Assembly (NCBI GenBank): GCA_045613865.1 | Contig: JAZLBT010000015.1 | Span: 42,913 to 106,912, forward strand | Direction of reading: 5' to 3' | Length of the DNA stretch: 64,000 nucleotides | Origin: Candidatus Spyradenecus sp. | GTDB lineage: Bacteria > Verrucomicrobiota > Kiritimatiellia > RFP12 > DVOR01 | Shown here: positions 8,583-17,846 of the stretch, piece after piece | How positions within the stretch are numbered: the stretch's first letter is position 1 | How the letters are laid out: every line of letters begins with the position of its first letter | The notes under the pieces: generated by a model | What the model was told of the DNA's origin: nothing | What the model saw: only the letters and a program-made list of their open reading frames with translations | Databases searched by the model: none | Made by a program: the position numbers and the translations under genes

Positions 8583-10417
8583 ATTTCAAGCATAGCATCA
8601 TCCTTTTCATTATTATTTCTATCTTTTCTGGTGTGGGTCTCTTCTTAACAAAGACCTATGCTCGGATTGAAGATTCTCTCATTGGAAAGCCTCTTTTCCC
8701 AGTACAATCTCAGTATGTCACCTCTATCTCGTGGCATGTCAGCACGTTAAATGGCACTATGCCTGTTGTCGTTAAGCGAACTGGGCAACGTTGGTCTTTT
8801 GTCAAGCCCTTTCCGGGAAGTGACTGTGACGAACGCACCATCTCTGCCATTCTTGATGCCGCAAGCGCAATGCGTGTAACCGCCCCCCAAGGTCGCCTTG
8901 AAGAAAGCGAGTTTATCCCAACACGTGAGCTCATTCTTTCAACAACCGATCAACGATATAGTGCAAGTTTCGGCAATGAACAGCCGTTTGTAAATGAATC
9001 CACTATCGCAGAACAAAATGGTGAACTTGTCGCCATCCCTTCGAATTACTTTGCAAAACTGCCACGTACAATTAATGACTTCAGAACAAAAAGTTTGCTC
9101 GCATTTATTCGACCAAGTCAAATCAATGCACTCGAGTGGCATGTTAAAGGATCTCCCTTTACTCGTATTCAACGCAAGTCAAATACAAGCAACTGGGAAC
9201 TTACGCAACCCTTTACATTAACGCTTTCAAGAGAAAAAGTGCGCCTTCTTTTAGAACGATTGACGCAGTCTAACTTGATTGACTCTTATTTAACTCCTGA
9301 TGACTACTCTGTTAAAATGACACCGACACAATTCACAAGTACCGAACTTATTCAATATGGTCTTGATGAAGAGCACGCGATTCGCTTGAGTGTTTATGTT
9401 CGTGGTCTTAAGGACCCGCTAAAACTTCGTTTCGGCAAGAATGACCCCATCCGAGCAAACCATGTCTTTTGTTTACTTTCGAATGACCAAGCCATTGTCT
9501 CAATTCCAAAAGATATCGCTGATGCATTTACAAACAATGAAAATTCTATTGTGAATGCGACAGATATCCCTGTTATCGCAGATGTTAAGAATCCGACAAA
9601 GATTCTTCTCCGTCAAAAAAATGAAGCGCTCCACACAACCTACACATTAAATCAAGGCAAGTGGATGCAACAATCGTATGAATGCGAGACCGATGTTGAT
9701 GCAATGGCGGCTTTTCAAGCAGCACTGCTTGGTCTTCGAGGAGATCTTGTTAACACAGGTGTTGCACCGACCGAGGAGCCATTATGTGTTATTACAATTG
9801 AAGAAGATGATCTAACAAAAACGCCAATTAAACTCACCTTCTATCGCAATAAGACCACACAAAAGACAGAAGTCTATCGTGAAGACAATCACTACAGTTA
9901 TGCATTGAAAAACGAGAGTTTCCTACTCCCTCTTCTCGCAAACGATGTGACCTATGCCCTGTTAAGCAAACAGCTTCTTTCTATTCCAAAAGAAAACATT
10001 CAAACAATTACATTGCAACGGCCAGGCTTGGCAAATGTTGTACTTACACACAATCCATCTGTCGAAACCGAATGGCAGACAATTAGTCCTGCAGGTGCAT
10101 TTGTAAATCCCGAAATCATCACGACATGGCTTGAGATTTTCGGCGATTTACGTGCGACAAAAGTGATTGGACCAGCAGACGATCCAAATGCACCATGGGG
10201 TGCTGATATTGTGGGAAATGTCAACTTCTCTCATCGTATGATTCTTGATCTCAAGAACGACAACAATAGCCTTCGAAAGATTCTTCTTTTTGAAAAGCCT
10301 CAGCCAGGAAAAACGTCCATTCAAGTCCTTGTGCATGGTTCCCCTATCTTGTATGAAATTCCACTTTCTCTCTTTGAGACACTTCAACAATCGCCACTTA
10401 TTTACGAAATGAAGTAA
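8579..10417 (+). CDS. Membrane-anchored periplasmic protein, possibly DUF4340-type (the usual partner of GldG-like proteins)
   Basis: The internal ATG at 8579 (MNFKHSIILFIIISIF...) gives an N-terminal TM anchor and overlaps the upstream stop (ATGA). The ORF track start at 8420 would overlap the preceding gene by 160 nt. The family assignment rests on context and architecture only. Confidence 0.3.
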   Translation: MNFKHSIILFIIISIFSGVGLFLTKTYARIEDSLIGKPLFPVQSQYVTSISWHVSTLNGTMPVVVKRTGQRWSFVKPFPGSDCDERTISAILDAASAMRVTAPQGRLEESEFIPTRELILSTTDQRYSASFGNEQPFVNESTIAEQNGELVAIPSNYFAKLPRTINDFRTKSLLAFIRPSQINALEWHVKGSPFTRIQRKSNTSNWELTQPFTLTLSREKVRLLLERLTQSNLIDSYLTPDDYSVKMTPTQFTSTELIQYGLDEEHAIRLSVYVRGLKDPLKLRFGKNDPIRANHVFCLLSNDQAIVSIPKDIADAFTNNENSIVNATDIPVIADVKNPTKILLRQKNEALHTTYTLNQGKWMQQSYECETDVDAMAAFQAALLGLRGDLVNTGVAPTEEPLCVITIEEDDLTKTPIKLTFYRNKTTQKTEVYREDNHYSYALKNESFLLPLLANDVTYALLSKQLLSIPKENIQTITLQRPGLANVVLTHNPSVETEWQTISPAGAFVNPEIITTWLEIFGDLRATKVIGPADDPNAPWGADIVGNVNFSHRMILDLKNDNNSLRKILLFEKPQPGKTSIQVLVHGSPILYEIPLSLFETLQQSPLIYEMK

Positions 10418-11838
10418 TGCTTTCTCACGGAATTCCGCTCGATGCCCTTTATGAGGCCGTCTTTATTTTAGACGTGCATGGATCTATTCAAGCGTGTAAT
10501 CAACGCGCAATTGATCTCTTTCACGCGGCGTCCGAAGCGGATTTTATTGGTCAACCCGCAACGACGCTCTTTGCATCCCAGCAACAAGCGCATAACGTAT
10601 TATATAATAATGGCTTAACTACAGAAGGCGAATCTTCCTTTTTCGTTCAAGAAGCGCGTGTCGTTCGTATCAACGGCGCAACATTTACCGCAGAGGTCAC
10701 ATTGCACCCGCTCTCTGATACAACGCGTATGCTCTCAATACGTGATATAAGTATTCGTGTCAAAGCGTTACGCGATCTTGAAGAGGCAAATGAACGTCTT
10801 CGCATCATTGATCGTGAACGAATGAACTTTGTTTCTAATGTTTCTCACGAGTTGCGAACTCCTCTTACATCAATGTCATATGCGTTAGCAAATATGCACC
10901 GTGGAATTTGCGGACAACTCCCCGAGAAAGCCACGGACTATATTGCACGATTACAAACAGATGTACGTCGGCTTCTCTTGACAGTGAACGACATTCTTGA
11001 TTTAAGACAACTTGAACGAGGAACGCTTGTTTTACAAAAAACTACGCACTCTCTTACACGACTTCTCGCGAGTGCTATTGATTCCCTTCGACTCCAAGCC
11101 GAAGCAAAAAACCAAACACTTCGTTTTGAGGAAATTAGTGATGGTTGTTATGCCTTAATCGACCCTCATAAGATAGAACGCGTATTTGTTAATATTATTG
11201 CAAATGCAATCAAATATACACAGGAAAAAGGCACAATTACACTCTCGATTCAACGAGAAGGTGAAGATGCGATTCTCCTTTTTGATGATAATGGCGTCGG
11301 TATTCCACAAGAAGCAATTCATCAAGTTTCTCTCCCCTATTATCGCGTTGGAAGTCACGTAACAGGAACTGGGCTAGGTCTTGCAATTGTCAAAGAACTC
11401 ACAGAAATGCATCAAGGTTCGTTCTCCATCCAATCCCCAGTCCCTATGACAACAACAGGAACGCGTGTTAAATTAAGAATCCCTTTAACACTCGGCCCCT
11501 TGTGGATGGTTATTTCTGGAGATGAATCCTTTATTTCCCTCATTAACGAAGTCGCACAAGTGTTAGGTTGTCGAACAATCGTAGACCGCGCGGCATTAGA
11601 TATTGCATCTCTTTCTCAACCAACAACGCCTAAATATTTTATTATTGATGGGGATTTGCCAGAGAGTTCTCTTGAAGACATCATCTTTCAAATTCGAAGC
11701 ACGCCCGCTCTCGCACAAAGTAAAATTATGATTGTCTCTGATCAAACATTTGACGCCTCACGACGTTATACCTATGCACGTATGCATGTAACCCTTTGTC
11801 AAAAAGACAAGAATCAGCTTCGTTTTTGCTTTCGTTAA
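10417..11838 (+). CDS. PAS-domain sensor histidine kinase (HisKA + HATPase_c) with an extra C-terminal extension of about 110 aa
   Basis: H-box SHELRTPLTSM, N-box IIANAIKYT, G-boxes DDNGVGI and GTGLGLAIVKEL. The start overlaps the upstream stop (TAATG). Confidence 0.8.
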   Translation: MLSHGIPLDALYEAVFILDVHGSIQACNQRAIDLFHAASEADFIGQPATTLFASQQQAHNVLYNNGLTTEGESSFFVQEARVVRINGATFTAEVTLHPLSDTTRMLSIRDISIRVKALRDLEEANERLRIIDRERMNFVSNVSHELRTPLTSMSYALANMHRGICGQLPEKATDYIARLQTDVRRLLLTVNDILDLRQLERGTLVLQKTTHSLTRLLASAIDSLRLQAEAKNQTLRFEEISDGCYALIDPHKIERVFVNIIANAIKYTQEKGTITLSIQREGEDAILLFDDNGVGIPQEAIHQVSLPYYRVGSHVTGTGLGLAIVKELTEMHQGSFSIQSPVPMTTTGTRVKLRIPLTLGPLWMVISGDESFISLINEVAQVLGCRTIVDRAALDIASLSQPTTPKYFIIDGDLPESSLEDIIFQIRSTPALAQSKIMIVSDQTFDASRRYTYARMHVTLCQKDKNQLRFCFR

Positions 11839-11962
11839 TCCACCCAACAATATTATATAAGAAAAGAAAAGTTGTAACACTTTCTTCTTTTTGGTATTAT
11901 ATATGAGATTATGTGGAGTGTAAAGACACATACAATGTTGATGTCTCAACGAACACCCCAAT

Positions 11963-14407
11963 ATGGGGTTGAAAGGATTTAAAATGTCCGATTCTGGAAA
12001 AACAAAAGGACGTAGCCTTTATTATCACCGATATTCTCCTCAGCTCCTCGGCTCAGGGGGAACATCCTATGGAGCCCCAGCCTATGGTGGAAGTTCTTAT
12101 GGCACCAACGCTTACGGCGGAAACGCATATGGCGGCAATGCTTATGGAGCAAATCCAGACGAAGGGATTGGTTCTTTAAGTATTGGTCGTATCTTCCGGG
12201 TTTGCTCAACGCACTGGATGACCATCTTTGTTTTTCTTATTTTAGGTCTCCTTGCATCGTTTGTCATCTTCCAACTCCTTCCTGAAAAGTTTGAAGCTGA
12301 AGCATATTACGAAATGCGCGTTCAAGGCCAAACACTCGTTGAAGGGCGCGTTTATGCAGATGAAGGTCTCGGTGGTGGCGTTTCACCCTTGAAGGAAGTT
12401 TTCAATACGCGTCGCGAACTGTTTAACACGAAAGCAGTTCAAAAAGCCGTTATTGATAAATATCGTGCAAAGAATGTTAGCTCGCAAGTTTCCACAGACG
12501 AACTTGAACGTTGTCTTAAGGAAAACACAGAGATGGAGCTTATGCCGATGTCGCGTTTGGTTCGCGTTTCGGTTGTTGCAAGTAATCCTATTCTCGCCTC
12601 TGAACTTGCAAATATTTACATTGATGTCTGCCGCATTTACATGGAAGATCTCAATCGCGCACAAGCGGAATCTGCTGTTGCATGGTTGATGACCATGGTT
12701 GATAATGAAGAGCACATTTTGCGCGACCTTGATCGCCAGCTTCTTGAAGCTCGCCAAGGCCGTCAAATCGACTCCTCAAAGCGTGAACGCGAAAATGTCC
12801 AACAGCGACTTTCCTCTCTTGATTCGCGTCGTATTGAACTCGATACCGCAATCTTGAATGCAACCGAACTTCTCTCTGCTCTCGCCATTGTTAAAGATGA
12901 TCCCACGCGTTTCGGCACTTTGCCCGAATCTATTCCGCGCTCAACTGAAATCGCTGAAACTTATCAGCGTTGGCAACAAGCATCTACCGAAAAATTAACA
13001 CTTCTTACGCGTCTTACAGAAAACCACCCCGATGTAAAGTTAAAGGTGCGCGAAGAAGAGCTTTATCGTACACAATTTGCAGAAACAGCTTTACGCGCCT
13101 ATGAAACAGGTGAAGCTCAACTTGAACTTCTTAAGCGTCAGCGTGACCCCATTCTTGAGGATGCAAACAATCTCCGTACTCGCCTCATCGCTCTTGACAC
13201 AGAGATTATTGCCTCGGAAATGGCGGTTCAACAGTTGGAACGTGCGCGTGAACTCGAAGTTGAAAAAGCCGCCGACCTCCGTGCTCGTGCTCGCGTTGCA
13301 CAGTTAAAGGCTGACGAAAATGCTGCAACAATCAAACTCGTTCGTGAAGCCTTGCCGCCAGAAGAACAGTCAAGTCCAAATCCTTACATTGTTTTCCCTG
13401 CAGGTATTATTCTCGGTATTGTCATTGGCACTATTTTCGTTCTTCTTCTTGACCATATGGAAGACAAACTCGTTGGTGTCTCTGATATTGAACAGCGCCT
13501 TCGTCTTAAAGCACTTGCCGTCTTCCCGCACTTACGTCGTAAGCAACGTTCGCAAGTTGCTCTTACGATGCACGATGCTCCATTCTCGCAATATGCAGAG
13601 TCAATGGCAGGCCTTCGCAACCTTCTCGACTCTCCACGTTATCATGATTTAACACGTGTTATTCTCTGTATGTCAACCCAGCCTGCAGAAGGTAAGACGT
13701 GTACATCAACCAACCTTGCTATCGCCTATGCACAATCGGGTCAGCGCACATTGCTCGTTGACTTTGATATGCGTCGTCCGCGTTTGGCGGGTATCTTTGG
13801 TCGTACAAATGATAACTTCCCCTCTTTGCCACATATTCTTGCTCGCAATGATAAGGCTCTCTTTGATACCCTTCCGCAAGAAACCCAGGTTCCTAACCTC
13901 CACGTGGTCATGTCTCGTGCATCCAACTCCATCAGTCCCTCGGTTCTTATGGGTACAAATGTGATTACAGAGTTCTTTGATTGGGCTCGTTCCAATTATG
14001 ATCACATCATTATCGACTCTCCGCCGTTTGGTTTAGTTGGTGACGTTATTGTGCTTGCGAACCTTGTGGATGCCGTTCTTCTTGTGGCCACTCCCGATAA
14101 AACCCGCTTTGGGCCAATCCAATTTGCAGCTCGTCGCTTGACTGAAGTTGGCGCTCGTATTCTTGGTGTTATCGTCAACAATGTTGACTTCGGTCGTTGG
14201 GCCGGATTCGGAAAGTACGAAACCCGTTATGGCTACGCAACCGCAACTTATGTTCCTCGCGAGCGAACAAAAGACAACCCTGATGAACTTAAAAAGGCAG
14301 TCTTTACGGTTGACCCCAATGCGGCGCCAATGCCAACAGAAAGCGACTCAATCTTCTCTCCAGAAGATCAACCCATCAGCGATGAACTTGCCTCTGATGA
14401 TGATTAA
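11963..14407 (+). CDS. Polysaccharide co-polymerase / Wzc-type tyrosine autokinase (chain-length determinant + P-loop BY-kinase domain)
   Basis: There is a TM helix after residue ~80, a long coiled-coil periplasmic region and a second TM. The cytoplasmic part carries Walker A (PAEGKTCTSTNLA), Walker B (HIIIDSPP) and a C-terminal Tyr cluster (YETRYGYATATY). The N-terminus carries AYGG(N/S) repeats. Confidence 0.75.
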   Translation: MGLKGFKMSDSGKTKGRSLYYHRYSPQLLGSGGTSYGAPAYGGSSYGTNAYGGNAYGGNAYGANPDEGIGSLSIGRIFRVCSTHWMTIFVFLILGLLASFVIFQLLPEKFEAEAYYEMRVQGQTLVEGRVYADEGLGGGVSPLKEVFNTRRELFNTKAVQKAVIDKYRAKNVSSQVSTDELERCLKENTEMELMPMSRLVRVSVVASNPILASELANIYIDVCRIYMEDLNRAQAESAVAWLMTMVDNEEHILRDLDRQLLEARQGRQIDSSKRERENVQQRLSSLDSRRIELDTAILNATELLSALAIVKDDPTRFGTLPESIPRSTEIAETYQRWQQASTEKLTLLTRLTENHPDVKLKVREEELYRTQFAETALRAYETGEAQLELLKRQRDPILEDANNLRTRLIALDTEIIASEMAVQQLERARELEVEKAADLRARARVAQLKADENAATIKLVREALPPEEQSSPNPYIVFPAGIILGIVIGTIFVLLLDHMEDKLVGVSDIEQRLRLKALAVFPHLRRKQRSQVALTMHDAPFSQYAESMAGLRNLLDSPRYHDLTRVILCMSTQPAEGKTCTSTNLAIAYAQSGQRTLLVDFDMRRPRLAGIFGRTNDNFPSLPHILARNDKALFDTLPQETQVPNLHVVMSRASNSISPSVLMGTNVITEFFDWARSNYDHIIIDSPPFGLVGDVIVLANLVDAVLLVATPDKTRFGPIQFAARRLTEVGARILGVIVNNVDFGRWAGFGKYETRYGYATATYVPRERTKDNPDELKKAVFTVDPNAAPMPTESDSIFSPEDQPISDELASDDD

Positions 14408-14413
14408 ACGAAT

Positions 14414-14438
14414 GGCGCCTTCGGGCGCCTTTTGTTTT
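14414..14438 (+). terminator. Rho-independent terminator (GGCGCC-TTCG-GGCGCC + T-run)
   Basis: Perfect 6-bp GC stem with a UUCG tetraloop, followed by TTTTGTTTT, 7 nt after the Wzc-like stop. Confidence 0.7.
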
Positions 14439-14557
14439 ACCTCTTGTCTTTCAGATTGTATCTATAACGCATCTTGCTTTTTTAAGGATTAATTTTTGTC
14501 TTTTAATTGTATTTATGATAAAATATATCATATTATATATCTAATGAAGGATAAGGT

Positions 14558-15865
14558 ATGCGACCAACACGGCAAACTTTAGCGGTTAACCTTTTGCTCG
14601 AAGGGCAAAAGGCGCTTGTTGTTGGCGGTGGCCGCGTTGGCTTGCGAAAAACCCACACCCTGCTCGCTGCGGGGATGAGTGTCCGACTCGTTTGCCCGAA
14701 GGCAGTTCCTGAATTTAAAGATATGGCAATTGAATGGAATCAAAAGAAATTTGATCCCTCAGATTTGGATGATTGCGCGCTTGTTATTGCATGTACAGAT
14801 GACAAATTCGTTAATCGTTCAGTTCTTGAAGCTGCCAAAAAGGCAAATATCCTTTGTTGTTGTGCGGATGGAAATTGGGCTGAAGGTGATTTTATTGTTC
14901 CCGCAACCTTCTCCACGAATGATGCCAAAATTTCTGTTTCTACAAATGGACGTAGTTGTCGATCCGCAAAACGAATAATGGAATCGCTTCAACGCTTTAT
15001 GACTCAACAAACGGATGGTTGTTTATTTATTCTTGGTGTCAACGAATCAATTCCCCTCCCCCTTTCAAAAGAGCTTCTCTCTCAACGACTCAACTTCCTT
15101 TCTGGTCTTTATGAATGGGTCTTTTTAACAACGTGCCATCGAACAATGTTTATTGCATGGGCAACACATGCATTAATTGAAAGTAAACTCTTACACCACA
15201 TCTTCAACTTCCCTGCATCCTACACCCATGAAAGCGAAGATGCGATGCGCCACCTAACCTATTTACTCGCTGGTCTAGAATCTCGCATGATTGGAGAATT
15301 TCATATTGTAGGTCAAGTTAGAGATGCATTTGACCATGCACGAGAAGCTGGCTGGGCACGAGCAGCATTACCAGAAGTTTATGCAGAAGCCTATCAACGC
15401 GCACAAAAACTTCGTAATGCCATTGCGCCCCACCTCCCAAACATTGAAGTTGAAGCCTTGGCATTAGAGGGTGCAACTGGCCGTGTTGTTATTGCAGGGA
15501 CTGGCTCGCTCGGCATGGCCACAGCACATCACGCGCGTAAAATGGGTCTTGACGTTACACTTCTCTACCATTCTCGCCCTGCGCAAGACGATTGGGATTG
15601 TCGACCGCTCAACGAATGGGAGTCCGCCATTAAAGGCGCCTCGCGTTTTATCTCTGCATGCACAATGGACACCCCCTATTTTGTTGCAGAAAAAATCCCC
15701 ATTCCAATGGTTGATCTTGGCGCTCCACGAAACATTGTAGGAGATAATAATGTACGAGATCTTGACGCCCTCCGTTGCGACTATCTTAAGCGAACAAATA
15801 GCGTAAATACTATTTTATCCATTGCCAACACCGTCTATCAAACGGGAGATTATCGTCATGTCTAA
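14558..15865 (+). CDS. hemA: Fusion protein. The N-terminal ~150 aa is precorrin-2 dehydrogenase / sirohydrochlorin ferrochelatase (SirC / CysG-N / Met8-like); the C-terminal ~285 aa is glutamyl-tRNA reductase (HemA catalytic + NADPH domains).
   Basis: The N-terminus shows LVVGGGRVGLRK, IACTDDKFVN and ISVSTNGRSCRSAKRI, matching the CysG-N pattern. The C-terminus shows LTTCHRTMF (HemA active-site Cys region), GEFHIVGQVRDAF, VVIAGTGSLGM (NADPH site) and MVDLGAPRNI. Confidence 0.65.
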   Translation: MRPTRQTLAVNLLLEGQKALVVGGGRVGLRKTHTLLAAGMSVRLVCPKAVPEFKDMAIEWNQKKFDPSDLDDCALVIACTDDKFVNRSVLEAAKKANILCCCADGNWAEGDFIVPATFSTNDAKISVSTNGRSCRSAKRIMESLQRFMTQQTDGCLFILGVNESIPLPLSKELLSQRLNFLSGLYEWVFLTTCHRTMFIAWATHALIESKLLHHIFNFPASYTHESEDAMRHLTYLLAGLESRMIGEFHIVGQVRDAFDHAREAGWARAALPEVYAEAYQRAQKLRNAIAPHLPNIEVEALALEGATGRVVIAGTGSLGMATAHHARKMGLDVTLLYHSRPAQDDWDCRPLNEWESAIKGASRFISACTMDTPYFVAEKIPIPMVDLGAPRNIVGDNNVRDLDALRCDYLKRTNSVNTILSIANTVYQTGDYRHV

Positions 15866-17846
15866 CACGTTTCGTGTCGGAGCTCGTGACTCTCAACTTT
15901 CACTCTTACAAGCACAAGAAGCCCTCCAACAAATAACGGCGTGCACAGGTGTAACATTTACACTAATTCCATTTTCTTCTCCTGGAGACCGAGACCAAAC
16001 CACAGATTTATCCATAAGTGATGACGATTTCTTTACCCGGGATCTTGACCATGCATTAATTTGTGGAGATATTGATTTTGCGATTCACTCGGCAAAGGAT
16101 CTTCCGCCTAACGGCTATACTCACGATATAGATTGGTTCTGGCTTCCGTGGCGAGAAGATCCGCGGGATAGTCTTATTTGTCGTTGTGAAAATCCAAAGG
16201 TGATTGGAGTCAGTAGCATTAGAAGAATTAACTGGGTTAAACAAAATCTTCCTAATGCAACATGTAAATCCCTAAGAGGAACAATTCCGTTACGCCTTGA
16301 AAAGCTTGATCGTGGCGAATATGATGCTATTCTTGTTGCAGCGGCAGCACTTCATCGCTTGGGGTTGCAACATCGAATTACACGCTATCTTTCATTAGAA
16401 GAGCTTCCCGTTCCAGAAGGTCAAGGTGTTTTAGCCATTACCCATCGTAAAGACGACAAGCGGATTCAGCAATTACGTAATTTGTGGCTTAAAAGTGTAC
16501 GTTTTATTGGTGCAGGGGTTGGTTCTGCAGAATTATGTACACTTGCAGGACTTCGAGAAATCCGACAAGCAGATACAATTATTTATGATGCTCTTATGGA
16601 TGCAACCCTTCTTAATGAAGCTCCATCCGCAAGAAAAATCTATGTTGGTAAACGAAATGGTGTTCATACACTTAAACAGCCAGAAATAACGAAACTCATC
16701 GAAACACATGTTCGTCGAGGAGAACGCGTTGTTCGACTTAAAGGTGGAGACCCTGGGCTCTTTGGCCGCCTAACAGAAGAAACCGATGCGCTCATTCATG
16801 CAAACATTCCATTCCGAGTTTGGCCTGGCGTTTCTGCTCTTACTGCGGCAACGACCGCCACAGGCCTCTTACTCACAGCAAGAGGCGAGAGTCGTGGCTT
16901 TACAGTCTCAACACCACGTAGTGAAAGCGATGCCATAAATGCCGTTTACTTTATGGCGCTTGGTATTGTTGAAACCATTACCGCTCAACACGCTTCTGAT
17001 ACACCTTGTGCCATCGTTACAGATGCAGCAACACCCAATCAAACAATTGAACTGATGACGGTTGGCCAGCTTCATAATCGTTCTACCAATCGCCCAGCAC
17101 TTCTTATTGTTGGACCAGCAGCAAAACACCTTTTCCAGCCATTAGGACCGCTCGCAGGAAGACGCATTTGGGTCACAGGAAGCAACTCTATTGCAGAAAA
17201 GGCTCACCGCATAATCACCGATCTTGGTGGCATACCAATTCTCTCCCCATTGGTTCAATTTAACCCCATTGATCGTATTAAAATCCGACCGAGTAAAGGC
17301 TATAATCTCCTCGTTTGCACCTCCCCCACTGCGGCAAAACTCTTTTTTAGCGAAATGGTCTCTCCTATCGTTTATATGCCAAAGAAAGTTGCTGTTACAG
17401 GTCCAGGAACCGCATCATACTTCCAACCATATAACATCGATGTTATATGTCCAGAAAAAGACTTCTCCGCAAAGGGGCTTCTCGCAACTCTTCCAAACGA
17501 TCTCAGCGGTATGAAAATCCTTCGTATCCGTAGCGTTGAAGCAGGAACAGCATTGTCAGAGGCTCTCAAAAAACGAGGGGCAAAAGTAAAAGATCTACCA
17601 TTTTACGAAACGATTGCATTGCCAGAGCCTCTCATTCCTCCGCACGACACAGTCTTTCTTGCTTCGTCCTCTGCTGCAAAAGCATGGCTAGCAAGTGGAG
17701 CTCCCCGAAGTGTCTCTATCATCGTAATGGGAGAACCAACAGCAAAACCTTTACGTGAGGCGGGGATTGAACCAACCTTTATTGCTCAATGTTCTGCCGT
17801 TGAGGACCTTTTTAATGCTTATAGCGCAAAGTTTATTTATGGATAA
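15858..17846 (+). CDS. Tri-domain fusion of truncated porphobilinogen deaminase (HemC domains 1-2), uroporphyrinogen-III C-methyltransferase (CobA/SUMT) and uroporphyrinogen-III synthase (HemD)
   Basis: HemC-like segment: [61 protein letters not shown] segment: [39 protein letters not shown]. The C-terminal ~230 aa is HemD-like. Start MSNTFRVG at 15858 overlaps the upstream stop. Confidence 0.6.
   Translation: MSNTFRVGARDSQLSLLQAQEALQQITACTGVTFTLIPFSSPGDRDQTTDLSISDDDFFTRDLDHALICGDIDFAIHSAKDLPPNGYTHDIDWFWLPWREDPRDSLICRCENPKVIGVSSIRRINWVKQNLPNATCKSLRGTIPLRLEKLDRGEYDAILVAAAALHRLGLQHRITRYLSLEELPVPEGQGVLAITHRKDDKRIQQLRNLWLKSVRFIGAGVGSAELCTLAGLREIRQADTIIYDALMDATLLNEAPSARKIYVGKRNGVHTLKQPEITKLIETHVRRGERVVRLKGGDPGLFGRLTEETDALIHANIPFRVWPGVSALTAATTATGLLLTARGESRGFTVSTPRSESDAINAVYFMALGIVETITAQHASDTPCAIVTDAATPNQTIELMTVGQLHNRSTNRPALLIVGPAAKHLFQPLGPLAGRRIWVTGSNSIAEKAHRIITDLGGIPILSPLVQFNPIDRIKIRPSKGYNLLVCTSPTAAKLFFSEMVSPIVYMPKKVAVTGPGTASYFQPYNIDVICPEKDFSAKGLLATLPNDLSGMKILRIRSVEAGTALSEALKKRGAKVKDLPFYETIALPEPLIPPHDTVFLASSSAAKAWLASGAPRSVSIIVMGEPTAKPLREAGIEPTFIAQCSAVEDLFNAYSAKFIYG

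Noticed and set aside
11838-11963. Possible rho-independent terminator after the histidine kinase gene (GAAAAGAAAAG...CTTTCTTCTTTTT)
   Set aside because: The purine- and pyrimidine-rich arms do not pair into a clean stem. Only the T-run is convincing, so it is not listed as a feature.
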